A stretch of DNA of 32,000 nucleotides from Archaeoglobus fulgidus DSM 4304 (lineage in GTDB: Archaea; Halobacteriota; Archaeoglobi; Archaeoglobales; Archaeoglobaceae), in NCBI RefSeq assembly GCF_000008665.1, contig NC_000917.1, forward strand, positions 840,001 to 872,000. The letters are read 5' to 3'. Under the pieces are notes generated by a model. It did not search any database and was not told where the DNA came from. It was given only the letters and a program-made list of their open reading frames with translations. Shown here piece by piece: positions 8,563 through 15,746 of the stretch; the first letter of the stretch is position 1, and each line of letters starts with the position of its first letter. A program made the translations under genes and the position numbers.

Positions 8563-8602
8563 TGGCGGCGGGAAAGCTACAGCATCAGCTAACCCGCCGC
8601 CA
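8563..8602. repeat. GC-rich 10-bp inverted repeat (TGGCGGCGGG / CCCGCCGCCA) with a nested AGCT/AGCT stem
   Basis: Arms are at 8563-8572 and 8593-8602. The 20-nt loop contains self-complementary AGCT (8575-8578) and AGCT (8587-8590). It lies in an otherwise A/T-rich 280-bp intergenic region. Confidence 0.65.
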
Positions 8603-8778
8603 CCGTAATTTAATGGTCCCTTCATATATTTAAACCTTTTGCTTATGAGGAAGGAAATTGTAACAATCGATAGGTATTGAGGGAAGGCTGGGTTGAAAGG
8701 AAGTAAGGAGAGGGTATGACAAAAAAACTAACTGAACTGGAACGAAAGTTGAGGGATTCTGCCTGCTAGAGCTGCAAA

Positions 8779-9177
8779 CTAACCTGCAAGCTTATCAGCA
8801 GTCTTCACGAGCTTCACGGCAACCTCGTAGAGCTCGTCAAGCTGCGTTAACGCTCTCTCAACCTTTGAGAGGTCCAGGTGGTTGTAGTGGTGGGCAATGG
8901 CATTCCTGAGGCCGTTGTATCTTCTCAAAAGTTCCGCCTCGCTCTCCTCAATTACACACTCTTCAAGAAGCTTTGAAATGTTGGTGTAGTCATCCTCCAC
9001 CTGCTTTCCCAAATCCTTCACTAACATCGCTACAATGTCCATTACAACCTCCACCGCTGTCATGATGGAGTAAAGAACTGCTCTCTTCCTCACCTCATCC
9101 GACATCGCATGCTCAGTGGCAAAGTTAATCTCCCTCTCCACCCACTCAAGTTTTTCCAAGTATCTCCTTCTTCGCAC
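8779..9177 (-). CDS. hepT: HEPN-domain (DUF86) toxin of a HEPN/MNT type VII TA pair
   Basis: R-x4-H motif in 'GLRNAIAHHYN'. The protein is about 130 aa and helical. The GTG start at 9177 overlaps the MNT gene by 32 nt. An alternative GTG at 9141 lies 5 nt after the MNT stop. Confidence 0.85.
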   Translation of the reverse strand: MRRRRYLEKLEWVEREINFATEHAMSDEVRKRAVLYSIMTAVEVVMDIVAMLVKDLGKQVEDDYTNISKLLEECVIEESEAELLRRYNGLRNAIAHHYNHLDLSKVERALTQLDELYEVAVKLVKTADKLAG

Positions 9178-9589
9178 TTAACCACCTCTTCCTCGCCTGA
9201 ATTTTCTCCTCCACGCTACTGAACTCGTTCTCCCTGATCCTCCTCTCCATGTCTTCCCATATTTTCCTCTGCTTGTAGAGGTAAAAGTCAAGCTCATCCT
9301 TTGCGTAAATCCTGATGTGATTTTTTATCACCTCAATGCGAACGTAAAATGGAAGGTCTTCGAACACCTTAACGTCATACTTCCCGCCCAGCTTATGCAT
9401 TACCCTGTCAAAAATCCCCTCCTCTGGCCTGACCAGACAAACGTCAATGTCACTTCTCTTCGTCTCCTCACCTCTGGCGTATGAGCCGTAGAGCAGGATG
9501 CCCAGACAGGAATCGGCGAACTCCCTAAAGTCTTCCCTCAGACTTTCCAGCAGTTTATCATTGCGCCTGATTTCGGGAGCCACATACAT
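9146..9589 (-). CDS. mntA: Minimal nucleotidyltransferase (MNT) antitoxin
   Basis: Pol-beta NTase motif 'GSYARGEETKRSDIDV' (GS-x9-11-DxD). It lies immediately upstream of and overlapping the HEPN gene. Confidence 0.85.
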   Translation of the reverse strand: MYVAPEIRRNDKLLESLREDFREFADSCLGILLYGSYARGEETKRSDIDVCLVRPEEGIFDRVMHKLGGKYDVKVFEDLPFYVRIEVIKNHIRIYAKDELDFYLYKQRKIWEDMERRIRENEFSSVEEKIQARKRWLSAKKEILGKT

Positions 9590-9635
9590 TCTCTGACATT
9601 TCCTTTATTTTGTTTTTGATTATCAGTGGTAGAAC

Positions 9636-9658
9636 CTGAAAAATGAACTGAAAAACAA
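9636..9658 (-). terminator. Tandem oligo-T tracts downstream of glnA
   Basis: The minus strand reads ...TTTGTTTTTCAGTTCATTTTTCAGG just after the glnA stop (9669). 'TTTTTCAG' occurs twice. Archaeal RNAP terminates at oligo-T. Confidence 0.4.
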
Positions 9659-9668
9659 ATTGAAGAAA

Positions 9669-11117
9669 TCAGATATCAAAATACTTCATGAATTCCCACG
9701 GAGTGATGTAGAGACAGTACTGGTTCCACTCGTCAATCTTCAGCTCCATGAAGGCGTCGAAGATGTGGCTGCCCAGCACTTCCTGCATAAGCTCATCGCT
9801 TGCCAGATGGTCTATCGCATCTCTAAGCGTTGTAGGCAGCTCTCCCACTCCAAGCTCTCTCTTCTGTGCTGGTGTCAGCTCGTAAACGTCCTCAAGCAGC
9901 GGGTCACCGGGGTCTATCTTCTTCTTTATTCCGTCTAAGCCGGCAGCAAGCTGGGCTGTGATGGCAAGATAAGGATTGCAGCTCGGGTCAACACCCCTGT
10001 ACTCCACCCTTATTGCTGAGGGCTTCTTGACATACATCGGCACCCTCACTAAAGCGGACCTGTTCCTCGGGCTCCAGCAGATGTAGATGGGAGCTTCAAA
10101 GCCCGGCACAAGGCGCTTGTAGCTGTTCACTGTCGGAGCGCAGAGTGCTGTCAGAGCCTTTGCATGCTCCAGCAACCCACCTATGTAGTAGCGGGCCTTC
10201 TGGCTCAGCATGTACTCATCATCAGGATCTGCAAAAACAGCCTCGCCGCTGAAGGGCTCTCCCTTCCAGAGGCTCTGGTGGGTGTGCATTCCGCTCGCGT
10301 TGTCGAGGTAAAGCGGCTTTGGCATGAAGGTCGCATACAACCCGTGCATCGCTGCAATGTTCTTCGCTGCGAACTTGTAGAGGTAGAAAGCATCACCAAC
10401 ATCCACAAGCTGTTTTGGCTTGAAATCCAGCTCCACCTGCCCTGCTGTGGCAACCTCATGGTGGTGGTACTCAATGTCTATTCCGAGCTGCTCCAAATAG
10501 TAAACCAGCTCGTTTCTATATTCAACCGTTGTATCTTCAGGTGGAGGTCTGAAGTAACCCTCCTTGGGCCTTATCATGTACCCACTCTCAAGTTCAGAGC
10601 TGATGGGCATGATTCTCGGCGGACCCCAGCTGTCTCCCGCACCGCCGTTGGGCGAGACCCACATGTCCCAGCTCAGCCTTGTGAAGTCAACACCCTCGAA
10701 AAGGAAGAACTCAATTTCTGGCCCGAATATGGCTGACATTCCCTCGCTCTTCAGCATGTCCTCGTACCTCTTGGCCACGTAACCTCTTGGATCACAGTCA
10801 GCAATCTCAGTGCCCCACGCCTCGTAAACGTTGCCGAACATTATCGCGGACTTCTGAATAGGGTCATCTATCCACGGAATGATTTTAAGCGATGATGCAT
10901 CAGGCATCCAGACCATGTCGCTCTTCTCTATCGTTCTGAACCCTCTGACTGAGGAACCGTCAAAACCGATTCCGTTCTCGAAGGCGCTGCCGTCAACAAA
11001 CTCCCTCGCGGGAATTGAGAACATCTGAAGGTATCCCCTAACATCCGCAAATGCACAGAGTACCTGTCTGACGTTATTTTCCTTCAACACCGCCTTAGCT
11101 CTCTCAACCTCCTCCAT
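9669..11117 (-). CDS. glnA: Glutamine synthetase type I
   Basis: Motifs 'GPEIEFFLF', 'HHHEVATAGQVELDF', 'NASGMHTHQSLW', 'NSYKRLVPGFEAP' and 'RNRSALVRVP'. I chose the start at ATG 11117 (MEEVERAKAV...). A GAGGTGA SD sits 4 nt upstream of it, and the TATA-like A7-TATATAT (about 11149-11162) lies inside the longer ORF-track extension. Confidence 0.9.
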   Translation of the reverse strand: MEEVERAKAVLKENNVRQVLCAFADVRGYLQMFSIPAREFVDGSAFENGIGFDGSSVRGFRTIEKSDMVWMPDASSLKIIPWIDDPIQKSAIMFGNVYEAWGTEIADCDPRGYVAKRYEDMLKSEGMSAIFGPEIEFFLFEGVDFTRLSWDMWVSPNGGAGDSWGPPRIMPISSELESGYMIRPKEGYFRPPPEDTTVEYRNELVYYLEQLGIDIEYHHHEVATAGQVELDFKPKQLVDVGDAFYLYKFAAKNIAAMHGLYATFMPKPLYLDNASGMHTHQSLWKGEPFSGEAVFADPDDEYMLSQKARYYIGGLLEHAKALTALCAPTVNSYKRLVPGFEAPIYICWSPRNRSALVRVPMYVKKPSAIRVEYRGVDPSCNPYLAITAQLAAGLDGIKKKIDPGDPLLEDVYELTPAQKRELGVGELPTTLRDAIDHLASDELMQEVLGSHIFDAFMELKIDEWNQYCLYITPWEFMKYFDI

Positions 11118-11148
11118 ACAATCACCTCTCAGCCGCCTTACCATTTCG

Positions 11149-11162
11149 ATATATATTTTTTT
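11149..11162 (-). promoter_or_regulatory. Candidate glnA TATA/BRE
   Basis: The minus strand reads AAAAAAATATATAT, about 32-45 nt upstream of ATG 11117. That is compatible with a short SD-containing leader. Confidence 0.4.
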
Positions 11163-11295
11163 GCATTCAAGGGGATTTGTTAAATTACCTGCAGGCAAGC
11201 GTAGGTAAATCTGAAAAATCTTCACCAATTCTCAAATACATACCAATACAAACCAATTTTAACAACACAAATCCTCATGTATCCTGACGGTAAGG

Positions 11296-11303
11296 TTTAA
11301 ATA
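11296..11303 (+). promoter_or_regulatory. Candidate TATA box of the glutamate synthase operon
   Basis: TTTAAATA lies 37-44 nt upstream of ATG 11340. GGAGG SD is at 11328-11332. Confidence 0.45.
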
Positions 11304-11339
11304 CACTTAGAGTTGAAGCCCATGTCCGGAGGCGAGAAC

Positions 11340-11795
11340 ATGGCAAGAATAAGGATTGTTTCAAAACCGGAGGTTTGCATTGGATGTCACCTGTGTGAGG
11401 TATGGTGTAGTGTCGCCCACTCAAAGTCAAAGGACATCATCAAGGCCTTCCTCTACGAGCAGCCCAGACCGCAGCCAAGGATACTTGTTGAGGAGGACTT
11501 GCCGGAAACCTACGCCCTGCAGTGCAGGCATTGCGAGGAGCCGAAGTGCGTTGCGGCATGCATAGCTGGAGCGCTCTACAAGGATGACGATGGGATTGTG
11601 ATTCACGATGAGAGTAAATGCGTTGCTTGTTATAGCTGCATCATGGCCTGCCCCTACGGGGCCATAAGAATCAATATTGAAACCAAAAAGCCCCTGAAAT
11701 GCGACCTGTGCAAGGGGCTTGATTATCCTTACTGTGTTAAGTACTGCCCGAACAATGCCTTGGAAATCGTTGAAGAGGTGGAGGAGTACGTATGA
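11340..11795 (+). CDS. Poly-ferredoxin (four Cys clusters, DmsB/HycB-like 4Fe-4S protein)
   Basis: Cys motifs 'CIGCHLCEVWC', 'CRHCEEPKCVAAC', 'CVACYSCIMACP' and 'CDLC...YCVKYCP'. I moved the start to ATG 11340 (MARIRIV...), which lies behind the GGAGG SD. The ORF-track start at 11313 is a TTG upstream of the predicted TSS. Confidence 0.8.
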   Translation: MARIRIVSKPEVCIGCHLCEVWCSVAHSKSKDIIKAFLYEQPRPQPRILVEEDLPETYALQCRHCEEPKCVAACIAGALYKDDDGIVIHDESKCVACYSCIMACPYGAIRINIETKKPLKCDLCKGLDYPYCVKYCPNNALEIVEEVEEYV

Positions 11796-13081
11796 AGTAC
11801 GATTACGTGATTATTGGAAACTCGGCAGGAGGAATTGGATGCGTGGAGGCGATAAGGGAGCTTGATGTGGATTCAAGCATTCTGGTAATCTCCGCAGAGA
11901 AGTACCACGCCTACTCAAGAGCCCTCATCCCCTACTACCTCGACGGCAAAATTGAGTTCGAGAAGATGTACTACCGCCCACCAGACTTCTACGAGAAAAT
12001 GGACGTTGAAACGAAGCTCGGAGTGAGGGCGGTAGGAGTTGATGTTGAAGCTAAGAAGGTTCTGCTTGAGAGCGGAGAGGAGGTTGAGTACGGGAAGCTT
12101 CTCATCGCAACAGGAGGAAAGCCCTTCATACCGCCGATGGAAGGGCTGGGAGGGCAGAGCAACGTCTTCACCTTCCTGAAGATGGATGATGTGCTTGCGG
12201 TTGAGAAGGCCATCAAGGAGGCAAAGAAGGCGGTGGTTCTCGGTGGAGGTATCATCGGTCTGATGGCATCAGAGGTTCTGGCCAAAAAGGGTTTGGATGT
12301 GAAGGTTGTTGAGCTCGCAGATAGGGTTCTCGCTCCCGTTGTTGATGAAACAACCTCAAGAATCGTGGAGAGAAAGTTTGAGGAGAATGGGGTGGAGATC
12401 ATACTCAACAACACCATCTCCAAGGTTGTTGGAGAGGAAAGGGTTGAGAAAGTCATTCTGAGGGATGGAAGGGAGCTTGAGGCGGACATGCTGCTCGTCG
12501 CTGTAGGTGTCGTTCCGAATGTTGACATCGTGAAGAACACTCCGATAAAGGTCAACAGGGGCATAGTGGTCAACAGGAAAATGGAAACATCCGTAAAGGA
12601 CGTTTACGCATGCGGTGACTGCGCTGAGATTTACGATTTCGTGTTTGGAGCGAACAGAGTTCTGCCACTCTGGCCCACAGCCTACACTGGCGGTAGAATT
12701 GCGGGATTCAACATGGTTGGTATCGAGAGGGAGTACAATTTGGCAACATCAATGAACGCCATGCACTTCTTTGATTACTATATAATCAACGCTGGCCTCA
12801 ACGTTCCAAACGACAGCGAGGAGTTTGAGGTGATTTACAGGCTGGAGGGGGACAGCTACAGAAAGTTCGCCCTTAAGGATGGTAGAATCGCGGGATTCAT
12901 AATCGCAGGAAAGATGGAAAGAGCAGGAATATTCCTCAAGCTGATGGAGGAGGGAATAGACGTCTCATCCTTTAAGGAGAAGCTGCTTAAGGACAACTTC
13001 GGATTTCTGGACATTCCCGAACCAACGAGATGGAAGCTGATTGAAGATAAAATCAAGCTTGGAGTGGTGAGAGAGATATGA
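11792..13081 (+). CDS. FAD/NAD(P)H-dependent pyridine-nucleotide-disulfide-oxidoreductase-fold flavoprotein (Nox/CoADR family but lacking the redox Cys)
   Basis: Motifs 'DYVIIGNSAGG', 'KKAVVLGGGIIGLMASEVL...VKVVE' and 'YACGDCAE'. The Nox/CoADR active-site segment reads 'YSRALIPYY' (Ala where Cys42 is expected). ATGA overlap with the ferredoxin gene. Confidence 0.85.
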   Translation: MKYDYVIIGNSAGGIGCVEAIRELDVDSSILVISAEKYHAYSRALIPYYLDGKIEFEKMYYRPPDFYEKMDVETKLGVRAVGVDVEAKKVLLESGEEVEYGKLLIATGGKPFIPPMEGLGGQSNVFTFLKMDDVLAVEKAIKEAKKAVVLGGGIIGLMASEVLAKKGLDVKVVELADRVLAPVVDETTSRIVERKFEENGVEIILNNTISKVVGEERVEKVILRDGRELEADMLLVAVGVVPNVDIVKNTPIKVNRGIVVNRKMETSVKDVYACGDCAEIYDFVFGANRVLPLWPTAYTGGRIAGFNMVGIEREYNLATSMNAMHFFDYYIINAGLNVPNDSEEFEVIYRLEGDSYRKFALKDGRIAGFIIAGKMERAGIFLKLMEEGIDVSSFKEKLLKDNFGFLDIPEPTRWKLIEDKIKLGVVREI

Positions 13082-14214
13082 GGGGTAAGAGAGTCGTTCT
13101 TCCCGATAAGGATCACCAAGCCTGCGGTCTTTTCGGAGTTATAGACCGCAGTGGCAGGAGATTCAGTGGTGAGATGGCCATAAATGCCATGATAAACATG
13201 AAGGTGAGAGGAAACGGCCTTGGCGGTGGTTTTGCAGCTTACGGCATCTATCCTGAGTACAAGGACTACTACGCCCTTCACGTGATGTTCCAGGACTGGG
13301 ACATGGAGGCAAAGCACAGAGTTGATGAGTTTCTGGACGCAAACTTTGATGTTGTGTATGCAGAGGAGATTCCGGTCAATCCGGAAGCGAATGTGGCCTC
13401 ACCCCCGCTATTCTGGCGCTACTTCGTCTCGCCAAACAAGAAGGGGGATGAGAAGAAGCTCAGCGATGATGACTATGTTGTGAAGAAGGTTATGGAGATA
13501 AACACGAAGATTAACAACGCCTACGTCGTCTCATCGGGCAAGGACATGGGCGTTTTCAAGGGAGTCGGCTTCCCTGAGGACATTGCAGAATACTTCATGC
13601 TTGCTGAGGAATACAAGGGCTACATGTGGACGGCCCACTCCCGCTTTCCAACAAACACTCCCGGATGGTGGGGTGGTGCGCATCCATTCTGCATCCTCGA
13701 CTGGACTGTTGTTCACAACGGCGAAATCTCATCTTACGGCACGAACAAGCGCTACCTTGAGATGTTTGGCTATTACTGCACACTGCTTACAGACACAGAA
13801 GTGATGGCCTACGCAGTTGACTTACTCATGAGAAAGCAGGGGTTGCCCATCGAGATAGTCTCCAAGATTTTCGCCCCGCCAATGTGGGACCACATCGACA
13901 TAATGGACGAGAAAAAGAAGAAGTTCTACACCGCTTTAAGAATGAACTACGGACCTCTGCTGATAAACGGCCCCTGGACGATAGTTGTTGCGAGGCACGG
14001 AGAGATGTTTGGAATCACTGACAGAATAAGGCTCAGGCCCATAACCTCGGGAGAGAAGGGTGACCTGCTCTTCGTCTCATCCGAGGAGTCGGCAATCAGA
14101 GCTGTGTGTCCAGATCTGGACAGAGTTTACACGCCGATGGGTGGAGAGCCCGTCATTGGCAGGTTGAAAAGCAGGGAGAAGGAGCTGGCAAAGCAGCTTT
14201 CAGAGGTGGAATGA
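13078..14214 (+). CDS. Glutamate synthase, class-II (Ntn) glutamine amidotransferase subunit
   Basis: 'ACGLFGV' Ntn-Cys preceded by a 15-residue leader. Size and context match the archaeal split GltB domain 1. ATGA overlaps at both ends. Confidence 0.85.
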   Translation: MRGKRVVLPDKDHQACGLFGVIDRSGRRFSGEMAINAMINMKVRGNGLGGGFAAYGIYPEYKDYYALHVMFQDWDMEAKHRVDEFLDANFDVVYAEEIPVNPEANVASPPLFWRYFVSPNKKGDEKKLSDDDYVVKKVMEINTKINNAYVVSSGKDMGVFKGVGFPEDIAEYFMLAEEYKGYMWTAHSRFPTNTPGWWGGAHPFCILDWTVVHNGEISSYGTNKRYLEMFGYYCTLLTDTEVMAYAVDLLMRKQGLPIEIVSKIFAPPMWDHIDIMDEKKKKFYTALRMNYGPLLINGPWTIVVARHGEMFGITDRIRLRPITSGEKGDLLFVSSEESAIRAVCPDLDRVYTPMGGEPVIGRLKSREKELAKQLSEVE

Positions 14215-15746
14215 TGCTGGAGGGTGAATTTCACACTCACATGCTTCCCGAATTCATGATTGAAAGAAGACAGGACCGCTGCATACGCTGCAGAGTTTGC
14301 GAGAGGCAGTGCGGCTTCAACGTTCACTGGTATGATGAAGAAATGGACATGATGAGAGAGGACGAGATGAAGTGCGTCGGCTGTCAGAGGTGTGCTGTGA
14401 TGTGCCCGACAAACGCTCTTGTGGTGAAACCGCATCCCGGCAACTACAAACCCAACGCCAACTGGACGAGGGAAAGGCTGCAGGACTTGAAGAAGCAGGC
14501 TGAAACAGGAGGAGTCCTTCTCACTGGCTCGGGAAACGACAAGCCCTACAGAATCTACTGGGACCACATCGTGCTGAACGCCTCTCAGGTCACCAACCCC
14601 TCCATCGACCCGCTGAGAGAGCCGATGGAGCTGAGAACTTTCCTCGGCAGAAAGCAGGACAGGCTGGAGTTCAAGTACTCAGAAGACTTTGAGGATATAG
14701 AGATTACAACCGAGCTCTACCCCAACGTTCAGATTGAAACGCCGATCGTCTTCTCGGCCATGTCGTATGGAGCCATAAGCTATCAGGCATTCAAATCCCT
14801 TGCGATGGCCGCAAGCGAGTTTGGTACGCTTTTCAACACCGGAGAAGGCGGATTGCCCAAAGAGCTCAGGAAGTACGGCAAGAATGCCATTGTCCAGTGC
14901 GCAAGCGGTAGGTTCGGAGTCGATCCGGAGTACCTCAACGTTGCAGCGGTGGTTGAGATCAAGATAGGACAGGGGGCGAAGCCGGGAATTGGCGGTCACC
15001 TGCCGGGCGAGAAGGTCACTCTCCCCATCTCAGTCACCAGAATGATTCCTGAGGGGACAGATGCTCTCTCGCCCGCTCCTCAGCATGACATTTACTCCAT
15101 TGAGGATTTGAGCATGCTCATCTACGCCCTCAAGGAAGCGACGAACTACGAGAAGCCCGTGAGCGTTAAGATTGCAGCCGTGCATAACGTTGCAGCGATA
15201 GCGAGCGGTATGGTGAGGGCAGGAGCAGACATAATAGCCATTGACGGCCTGAGAGGAGGAACGGGGGCTGCACCGAAGATGATTAGGGATAATGTCGGTA
15301 TCCCCGTTGAGCTCGCACTCGCAGCAGTTGATCAGAGGCTGAGGGACGAGGGAATCAGGAACAAGGCCTCCATCCTTGTGGCTGGCGGTTTCAGGTGCAG
15401 CGCTGATGTTGTCAAGGCAATTGCCCTTGGTGCTGATGCGGTTTACATCGGAACTCCGGCTTTGGTTGCGATGGGATGCACCCTCTGCCAGAAATGCCAC
15501 ACGGGTATATGCAACTGGGGAATCTGCACCCAAGACCCCTACCTGGCAAAGAGGCTCAACCCGGAAATCACTGCAAAGAGGCTTGTTAACCTCCTGAGGG
15601 CGTGGAGTCACGAAATAAAGGAGATGCTCGGTGGGATGGGTATAAACGCCATAGAGAGCTTGAGAGGAAACAGGGAGCAGCTCCGCGGTGTTGGGCTTGA
15701 GGACTGGGAGCTTGAAGTTCTCGGAATAAAGGGGGCGGGAGAATGA
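14211..15746 (+). CDS. gltB: Glutamate synthase FMN/3Fe-4S (synthase) subunit with N-terminal 2x[4Fe-4S] ferredoxin domain
   Basis: Motifs 'CIRCRVCERQC' and 'CVGCQRCAVMCP'. These are followed by 'SAMSYGAIS', 'NTGEGG', 'QCASGRFGV', 'KIGQGAKPGIGGHLPG', 'IDGLRGGTGAAP' and 'CQKCHTGICNWGICTQDP'. Start set to ATG 14211 (ATGA overlap, GAGGTGG SD) rather than the ORF-track 14106. Confidence 0.9.
   Translation: MMLEGEFHTHMLPEFMIERRQDRCIRCRVCERQCGFNVHWYDEEMDMMREDEMKCVGCQRCAVMCPTNALVVKPHPGNYKPNANWTRERLQDLKKQAETGGVLLTGSGNDKPYRIYWDHIVLNASQVTNPSIDPLREPMELRTFLGRKQDRLEFKYSEDFEDIEITTELYPNVQIETPIVFSAMSYGAISYQAFKSLAMAASEFGTLFNTGEGGLPKELRKYGKNAIVQCASGRFGVDPEYLNVAAVVEIKIGQGAKPGIGGHLPGEKVTLPISVTRMIPEGTDALSPAPQHDIYSIEDLSMLIYALKEATNYEKPVSVKIAAVHNVAAIASGMVRAGADIIAIDGLRGGTGAAPKMIRDNVGIPVELALAAVDQRLRDEGIRNKASILVAGGFRCSADVVKAIALGADAVYIGTPALVAMGCTLCQKCHTGICNWGICTQDPYLAKRLNPEITAKRLVNLLRAWSHEIKEMLGGMGINAIESLRGNREQLRGVGLEDWELEVLGIKGAGE

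Noticed and set aside
10164-10736. 190-aa plus-strand ORF, plus other shadow ORFs inside glnA (10205-10474, 10564-10782)
   Set aside because: They lie inside or antisense to glutamine synthetase, whose motifs are unambiguous.
11118-11228. 37-codon N-terminal extension of glnA (MVKIFQIYLRLPAGN...)
   Set aside because: The extension contains the likely TATA/BRE and the SD for ATG 11117. GS homology begins at MEEVERAKAV.
11118-11339. Search for an NrpR-type nitrogen operator (GGAA-N6-TTCC) between glnA and the GOGAT operon
   Set aside because: No GGAA...TTCC inverted repeat is present in this region. Only the other motifs reported as a finding were seen.
14106-14210. 35-codon N-terminal extension of the FMN-subunit ORF (MSRSGQSLHADGW...)
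   Set aside because: It overlaps the 3' end of the GATase gene in another frame. ATG 14211 has an SD (GAGGTGG) and the same ATGA coupling as the other junctions.
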